DNA from: a virus
Lineage: Duplodnaviria; Caudoviricetes
Length of the DNA stretch: 64,000 bases
Direction: 5' to 3' (one strand)
IMG/VR virus record: IMGVR_UViG_3300033075_001751
Span: 69,959 to 133,958 of that record
Part shown: positions 57,881 to 64,000 of the stretch, piece by piece
Position numbering within the stretch: the stretch's first letter is position 1
How the letters are laid out: each line of letters opens with the position of its first letter
The notes under the pieces: model-generated
What the model was told of the DNA's origin: nothing
The model's database searches: none
The model's input: only the letters and a program-made list of their open reading frames with translations
Translations under genes and position numbers: made by a program

Positions 57881-58662
57881 ATTCTACGCTACGCGACGAG
57901 ATGCAGGGAGCACTCAACGGAGTGATTGTAGTAGCCGGCGGATTTGTCCGATCGGTTATTGCTCATGAGACAATCAACGATATTGATGTATTCATCTCAA
58001 ACGATGTTTCTTTGAACGTGTTGAATCAACGATTGACAAAAGCGGGTTTTGCTGCTCAGTCAAGCCCCAACGCAACTACTTTTGTGAACAATGACAGGAC
58101 TCCGGTCCAAGTCATCACTCGATGGATGTTCGGAAACACTGACAAGTTTACCGATTTGCGACTTGGTACTGAAGCTGAGAAGAAACTTGCTGCATCCATG
58201 ATGTTGCAGGATGTTATTGCGAGTTTCGATTTCACTGTTTGTCAAGCCGGGATCATCTGCATGCCCGGAGGCAAATGGATGGGAATGTGCTCTGATAACT
58301 TTTATGAGGATCTTGCAGCAAAACGGTTGGTTTACACAAGACCAGATCGTAAAGAAGATGCTGGCGGATCCATGCTTCGTTTGTTGAAGTACACCGCAAG
58401 AGGATATCGTGCAACACTAGGTTCGGTTTCTGCAGTTGCCGCAAGATGGTTGATGGGTCAATCTACCGGAGGATGTGAGCTTCGCATTCGTAAAGACGGT
58501 GTTGTTGATGCCGTGACAGTCGGACCAGATCCCGGCGATTGGATGACTCCAATTCAAAACTTTACCACTCTTGATGAAGAGCAGGTTGCAGCAGTTTTGG
58601 AGGACAGGTTGGTTGAAATTGATCCTCCTATTGATGTATCGGTATTACCTTACACGTCATGA
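57832..58662 (+). CDS. nucleotidyltransferase (CCA-adding/poly(A) polymerase head-like)
   Basis: AGGFVR...NDIDVF...VQVI...FDFTVCQ...R..KY..RGY. Confidence 0.8.
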   Translation: MAQLNERDVAVCVSRLNSTLRDEMQGALNGVIVVAGGFVRSVIAHETINDIDVFISNDVSLNVLNQRLTKAGFAAQSSPNATTFVNNDRTPVQVITRWMFGNTDKFTDLRLGTEAEKKLAASMMLQDVIASFDFTVCQAGIICMPGGKWMGMCSDNFYEDLAAKRLVYTRPDRKEDAGGSMLRLLKYTARGYRATLGSVSAVAARWLMGQSTGGCELRIRKDGVVDAVTVGPDPGDWMTPIQNFTTLDEEQVAAVLEDRLVEIDPPIDVSVLPYTS

Positions 58663-60034
58663 CAGACATAGTACTTCGAAAAATGCTCGTAGATGCTCTT
58701 AAAAGTCATCCTCACGCAGCTTTGATAACAGATGTCATCATAGACGGAATGAAAATCGACGATTACAGTAAATTAAGTACACTTGCTGAATCATCAAAAG
58801 GGAGGTTGTTGATTGACGCATTTGCTGGAATCGATCACAGATTGTTGATTCCGGAAGGATCACCTGTTATTGTCAAGCTCAGTTCATACTATAGCGGACA
58901 ATGGGATATTTCAGCAATGCAAGAACAAGGGTTGTGTGTAGATAAGGATTGGTACGTGGGTATTGTTATAGAGCTAAGATCTTACATTACAACCTATCCT
59001 TACAAAGTCAGTATTTCATTCATTGACAAAGAAGGTAACAGGAAAGAAGAAGTTCAGACAGTTGGCTTGAAAGACATAAAACGATGGGTAAAGTGACAGT
59101 AAAAGAGGGGAAGAACGGTGCAGTAGTAACTGTTTCTCAAAACCCCGATACCGGTTATATTTTTTTGGAGCAAATGGTGTCTTACCAGAATCCCAAGACA
59201 GGATTCCTCGGTGAGAAAAAGCGCACAGCTTTTCTTTTCGGAACCGTGTCAATGCTCTTGAATCTCAAGTGGAAGATCGGACAAGAGGTGGACGGAAAAA
59301 TCGTTCTTACCGAGTCATTCGAGCAGACAAAAGGAATGTCCCCAAAAATGGCAGGTGACACCGGCGTATGCTGCAAGCAAAATGGTCGGATGATTTACCA
59401 CAAGACCTGGTATTCATTTGATCCTACTGAACCGGATGTAACAATCCGGCACGACAATAACGCTGAAATTGCGCATGCTGCAAAAGCTCCGCGAGATTTT
59501 GACGTTTCACAAATTTGACGTATATTACTTGGTAATCAATCATTTATGGATATCTTCGTAAAAGAAGGTGACGGTGCTGTGAGCATCTCCCTCAAACGGA
59601 AAAGAGTGTCAAAAGTCTTGGTCGGCAGCTTCAAACCAGACTCTTGTGAGACTTGCGATTGTAAATACCGCAAGTTTACAGCTGTTCAGACTGCTTTTTA
59701 TGAAGGTGTGACCAAAGGTATCGGAGCCATTCCCAAGAACATCAAACTTGAGGAAGAAGCAAAAAACGAAATCCGCAACTTGCATTTTCGAGCAAAACCA
59801 TTGTTGGATGAACTCAAAGCTCAGAAGATTGATCAGTGGACTTTAGATTGCTGTGATCTCATTGAAGACATCTATGGTGTAATGGCACCGATGGAATTGG
59901 AGTTTTCTCAGAAAAAGGGAGTTCCCAATCTCGATCTTGTTGAACACTTGGGGATGTCCCAAGTTGAATTGATCAATGTTTTGATCGAAAACAGTTTACT
60001 ACCAGACTGGTTTTGGGATGAGACGGAGAACTAA
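58659..60034 (+). CDS. three hypothetical proteins (58659-59096, 59084-59518, 59546-60034)
   Basis: ORFs with normal coding character. Confidence 0.6.
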
Positions 60035-60311
60035 GAAACGGGAAAAAGAGGAGAGAGAGTATTCCAAACAAAGAAAAACTTTTCTCTCCTCTCATCCTTA
60101 TTGCCAAGCTGGATTGTCCGGATGTATGGGTTCCTCGGATTGTATCCATCACAAAAAAGGACGCATTGGAGATCTTTTACTAGATCAGCGTTACTGGCTT
60201 GCTTCATGTAATAGCTGTCATGATTGGATCGAGAATCACCCAACTCAAGCCAAAGAACAAGGTCTGAGTGAATCACGTTTAAGTATTGACAATGGGGACA
60301 CAAGCATCTAA
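60018..60311 (+). CDS. small HNH endonuclease
   Basis: CQ...C...IHHKKGR...SCNSCHDWI. Confidence 0.8.
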   Translation: MRRRTKKREKEEREYSKQRKTFLSSHPYCQAGLSGCMGSSDCIHHKKGRIGDLLLDQRYWLASCNSCHDWIENHPTQAKEQGLSESRLSIDNGDTSI

Positions 60312-60609
60312 CTTCGAAAAGCTCAAGGAGCTTATTGAATCTCCTAATTTTGAAGACAGAGAGTTAGGGTTTTTATTGTTCAGTCAGATTCAAGAAGCTA
60401 CTATTTTTCCACCTTTGGAAGTAGGTCGTTCTTACTTTGTTCAAGGTCGAGCGGGATCACCAGACAGACCTCTTTTATGCAAAATGTGGAAACGTATTTT
60501 GGAATACTCTTATTCTTCTTACGCTTTTGGACCTCTTTACTTTTCTGATCAACAAGGAAATAACTATTTTATCTTTCCTGTAGAGATTCTTTCTATCAAC
60601 ACATTATGA
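60292..60609 (+). CDS. N-module family protein 31 (small beta-barrel cargo)
   Basis: EKLKELIESPNFEDRELGFLLF...LEVGRSY...EILSI. Confidence 0.78.
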   Translation: MGTQASNFEKLKELIESPNFEDRELGFLLFSQIQEATIFPPLEVGRSYFVQGRAGSPDRPLLCKMWKRILEYSYSSYAFGPLYFSDQQGNNYFIFPVEILSINTL

Positions 60610-61751
60610 AAACAAAAGACGAATTGCACGATGAAGTGCTGGAAGAGTGCGCACATCATAAGTGCTGTTCTCTTAACATTTCCATGGGTAGCGGCAAAAC
60701 CCGCCTTGCGTTGCGGCGTGTTGCTCAACTTCCCCATGAAACAAAGGTGCTAGTGGTGGTCCCGATCAAAGGTCTGATTGAAAGTTGGAAAAAAGAAGCG
60801 AGGGATAACGGTTTCGGGTATCTGTTGGAAGATATGACTTTCGACATTTACAAGAATCTGCACAAGCACCGTTCTTCTTATGACATGGTTATCTTTGATG
60901 AAATTCATAAGCTCAAAAAGAGTCACGAGTTTTTCATGGAAGGTTGCGGAATGATTTTGGGACTCACTGGCACTCCTCCAAAACAATACTCTGAAGCCGG
61001 CAGACTCATCAGTCACTTTGCTCCTTTCATTTTTGACTATCCTCTTGATGATGCGATTTCCGACGGAATGGTAAATGATTACCAAATCACAGTTCACCTG
61101 ATCGGATTGTCAGAAGAAAAGACGATTGAAAGAACAGTGGAAAAAACCGGTGCTACTTTCTTTGTTTCCGAGAAAAACGACTATGACTACCGATGCGGTA
61201 TCATCGTCGGTATGGAAAAAGAGAAAGACGACTTGTGGAGGACTCGTCCACCAAACTATGCAAAACGATCCGAACAGCTTAACAAAGCGTTGGGTTTGAA
61301 ACGCATTGCCCGGGTAAGTGCGCTCAAAGGATACCCTGGCAAGACAAAGTTTGTACAAAAGCTCTTACCTCAGATTGGAGACCGTACTGTGGTATTTGCA
61401 AATACGAAAGCGCAGGCTGATCTTCTTTGCCCTTACTCTCACTACAGCGGAAACAAACACAGCGACGACAACACCGCGCTGTTCAACACCGGTGGAATCA
61501 ATGTGCTTTCATGTGTTGAACAGTTGTCGATCGGTGTCAACCTGGTGAACGCCAAAAACGGTGTTATCATGCACCTGTATTCCGGTGATTCCGACAAAGG
61601 AAGACAGCGGATGGGTAGGTTGTTGAGACTTAACCCCAATGATAAGTGTCACCTCCATGTAATTTGTTATCGGAAAACCGTAGATGAAAATTGGGTGAGA
61701 GGTGCCCTTGATGACCTGGACCAGTCCAAGATTACTTGGATAAATCACTAG
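60606..61751 (+). CDS. superfamily 2 (DExH) helicase
   Basis: GSGKT, DEIH, LTGT, QRMGRLLR. Confidence 0.9.
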   Translation: MKTKDELHDEVLEECAHHKCCSLNISMGSGKTRLALRRVAQLPHETKVLVVVPIKGLIESWKKEARDNGFGYLLEDMTFDIYKNLHKHRSSYDMVIFDEIHKLKKSHEFFMEGCGMILGLTGTPPKQYSEAGRLISHFAPFIFDYPLDDAISDGMVNDYQITVHLIGLSEEKTIERTVEKTGATFFVSEKNDYDYRCGIIVGMEKEKDDLWRTRPPNYAKRSEQLNKALGLKRIARVSALKGYPGKTKFVQKLLPQIGDRTVVFANTKAQADLLCPYSHYSGNKHSDDNTALFNTGGINVLSCVEQLSIGVNLVNAKNGVIMHLYSGDSDKGRQRMGRLLRLNPNDKCHLHVICYRKTVDENWVRGALDDLDQSKITWINH

Positions 61752-61769
61752 AACCATTATTTTTGACAC

Positions 61770-62015
61770 ATGAATACAAAAACAAAAACGGCTTCCATCC
61801 GCCTGTACAACGACAAAGTTCACTCTCAAAAGGAGGTGATGCTCATGTTGATGAAGTTACTCGGTCATGGTCCGGAACAGGCAATGCAATGTATTGTCAT
61901 CATTGAAACGAAAGGTTCCTATACCGTTCGGGAAGATGTCGATCCTACCATTGCTTTTGATCTGATAGGTGCTATGGACCTTGCCGGCTATAAAGCGGAG
62001 CTGGAATTTAACTAG
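61770..62015 (+). CDS. clpS: ClpS-like Clp protease adaptor
   Basis: IRLYND..HS..EV...L....GH..EQA.QC......KG..TV pattern of ClpS. Confidence 0.75.
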   Translation: MNTKTKTASIRLYNDKVHSQKEVMLMLMKLLGHGPEQAMQCIVIIETKGSYTVREDVDPTIAFDLIGAMDLAGYKAELEFN

Positions 62016-62421
62016 AAAAATGAAGAAGTTCTTTTTGGGACTGTTCCCCAGTCTTGTACGAGAGATTCGCATCGAGACACTTGAACAGGTTTTCGTGTCA
62101 CCCGACAAGGAAACGACGTATATCCGTGTAGCTTTCCTTTTGGAGGAGCTGAAAAATGGGAAAAACAATTTGTCCGCATTGTCTGAGGGGGCGAATCTCC
62201 CTTGGTAAATGCAATCACTGTAAAAAAGAAGTAATTGTCATGGGAAAAATAGCCAACATCTACACTGAGTTTCATTCAAAAGCTGAACGAGACGCGCTTG
62301 ATAAAGCGATCAAGTATGCTCAGGAAAAAGGGCAAACGACGGTCCATGTAGGGCGGTTCATTCAGCTGGACGAAGCTCTTGCTATTCAAAAGTTGTTGAA
62401 AGACTCACCTTTGGAAGAAGA

Positions 62422-62991
62422 ATGAGCAGTGTATACAAAGAGAAAATCGGAAACTTCAAGATCAAAATCAAACAGGAGTCCGATCCTCGCGATCCCCGAA
62501 AGGAGTGGGACAATTTTGGAACTATGCTATGCGCACATGGTAGGTATAATTTAGGTGACAAACATTTCAGAACTTCGGAACAGATCGAAGATGAACTTGC
62601 CGAGAATGATGCTGTTGTGAAGCTACCATTATACCTATACGACCATAGCGGGATTACAATGAATACAACTGGCTTTTCGTGTCCGTGGGACAGTGGGCAA
62701 GTTGGTTTCATCTATGTGGACAAGAAAGGTATTCTTGAAGCGACAGGTGGAAAAAACCTTACGAAAAAACGTCTTGATCACGCCAAGCGATTACTGGAAG
62801 GAGAAGTTGAAACCTATGATTTTTATCTTAGAGGTGAAGTCTATGGTTTTGTGATCGAAGAAAAAGTGGAAGACAAGTGGACTGAGGTTGAAGCTTGTTG
62901 GGGATTTTACGGCAATTACGAAGAAGGTGCTCTTGAAGAAGCTCGTGGTATCGTGAAAAGCCTTATGGAAATTGAAAAAGAAGTTGTATGA
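62422..62991 (+). CDS. conserved phage protein
   Basis: PLYLYDHSG...WDSGQVGFIY...CWGFYG motif. Confidence 0.7.
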   Translation: MSSVYKEKIGNFKIKIKQESDPRDPRKEWDNFGTMLCAHGRYNLGDKHFRTSEQIEDELAENDAVVKLPLYLYDHSGITMNTTGFSCPWDSGQVGFIYVDKKGILEATGGKNLTKKRLDHAKRLLEGEVETYDFYLRGEVYGFVIEEKVEDKWTEVEACWGFYGNYEEGALEEARGIVKSLMEIEKEVV

Positions 62992-63404
62992 ACGAGATGA
63001 GAAGGCTGATTACAGCCAGGATGAAAGTCACCGACGAAGGTAAGCTGGAGTACATCTTTCAACGGGATCAGATCATGACCCGGGAATGGCATAAAAGTCT
63101 CCCAAAGGGTAGTATTGTAGACGTGACCATGGAAGTCGAACTCGAAGAAGCAACGAGTGCGCAGATCAAAAAGATTCATGCCATGATCGGCGACATTGCT
63201 GAAGCTGGTGCGATTTCTTTTGACGAAGCAAAATTGTTGGTGAAAAAAAGATGTGGAATGGCAATTGAGTATCCCATTGGAGATGGGAAGACCGACTGGC
63301 AGATCAAATCTTTCAGCAAGTGTTCAAAAACTGAAATCTCCAACGCTATCGAAGCAGCGATTCTTGTGGGTGATCATTTGAAGCTCAACTTGAGATTGAA
63401 ATGA
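62988..63404 (+). CDS. NinB/Orf-like recombination accessory protein
   Basis: T.AQ.KKIHAMIGDIA...K....S.SK.SK.E.S..IE pattern. Confidence 0.55.
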   Translation: MNEMRRLITARMKVTDEGKLEYIFQRDQIMTREWHKSLPKGSIVDVTMEVELEEATSAQIKKIHAMIGDIAEAGAISFDEAKLLVKKRCGMAIEYPIGDGKTDWQIKSFSKCSKTEISNAIEAAILVGDHLKLNLRLK

Positions 63405-63938
63405 ACAAGCCCAGTGAGTTCCAAATGAAGGTGCTCAAACACATGAAAGACGGCGGTACGATGTGGGTTGAAAGATCCAATCGTCGGGATATCTCTCTTC
63501 TTTCATCAACCGGCGAAGTGATCAAAATCATGAAAAAGACGTTTGATTTCCTTTATTGGGCAAGATACATTGATCCCAATGGACACAATATTCAGGGTAA
63601 AGATTACTATCGCGTTTCAGAAAAAGGTTTAAAAGTATTGGAAAATGTTGACGTTAAACTTGAATAAAATGAAATCTGATCCTGTATTGGAAAATGCAGA
63701 AGGCGAAAAGCCTTTTGTGATGAGCAAAGAACAGTTTGATGCAATGAGCAATGCACTAGATGTATTGAATCAGATTGAACGAAATCTTAGTCGTCTTGTT
63801 CGAAAGAAATCATGCCAATTATCTCTGGGAGCAGGAATTGGTGAAAACAGACTTCTGTTGAATCAGCAGACAGAACTTTTGGATGATCTCTTTTCAGAAA
63901 TTTTTGAAGCTAACCGGCAATTACATGCCGGCGTTTGA
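63401..63938 (+). CDS. two hypothetical proteins (63401-63667, 63669-63938)
   Basis: Adjacent ORFs. Confidence 0.55.
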
Positions 63939-64000
63939 GGTTGAGTTCGAAGTCTACTGCAACACATGCGGACTCGGACTTTCCGGTGACTCGGAGACAG

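Noticed and set aside
1-64000. Stop-codon reassignment as in some crAss-like phages
   Set aside because: Long genes are intact in code 11, TAG/TGA/TAA all end genes at sensible positions, and no suppressor tRNA was seen.

Overview
A 64 kb segment of a crAss-like (Crassvirales-type) phage, probably infecting Bacteroidota, read in standard code 11. Positions 1-18.5 kb (minus strand) hold the virion and packaging block: terminase, portal, scaffold-like protein, major capsid protein, head fibre and ring/auxiliary proteins. This block also carries a PD-(D/E)XK nuclease, an HU/IHF-like protein and a Tad1-family anti-defence sponge. The rest is almost all plus-strand small genes. Main findings: (1) About 31 genes share a ~30-aa N-terminal helical-hairpin module (K[IV]xELLxSxDxx[ED]xxLGxQ[ML][IL]) fused to unrelated C-terminal cargo domains; 17 of them form one translationally coupled array at 18.7-24.7 kb. 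(2) An RNA cluster at 47.3-48.8 kb contains a tmRNA interrupted in its T-loop by an intact 224-nt group I intron and encoding a 37-aa tag, plus three non-canonical tRNA-like genes and a tRNA-CAT. (3) A probable early region (25-37 kb) is built from cassettes of AACCCCTTT motif, gene or structured ncRNA, then hairpin. (4) A variant ClpS, a WGR-DNA ligase, a nucleotidyltransferase, an SF2 helicase, an HNH nuclease and Dps-like and RepL-like genes. All family calls come from motif recognition by eye; no database searches were run.
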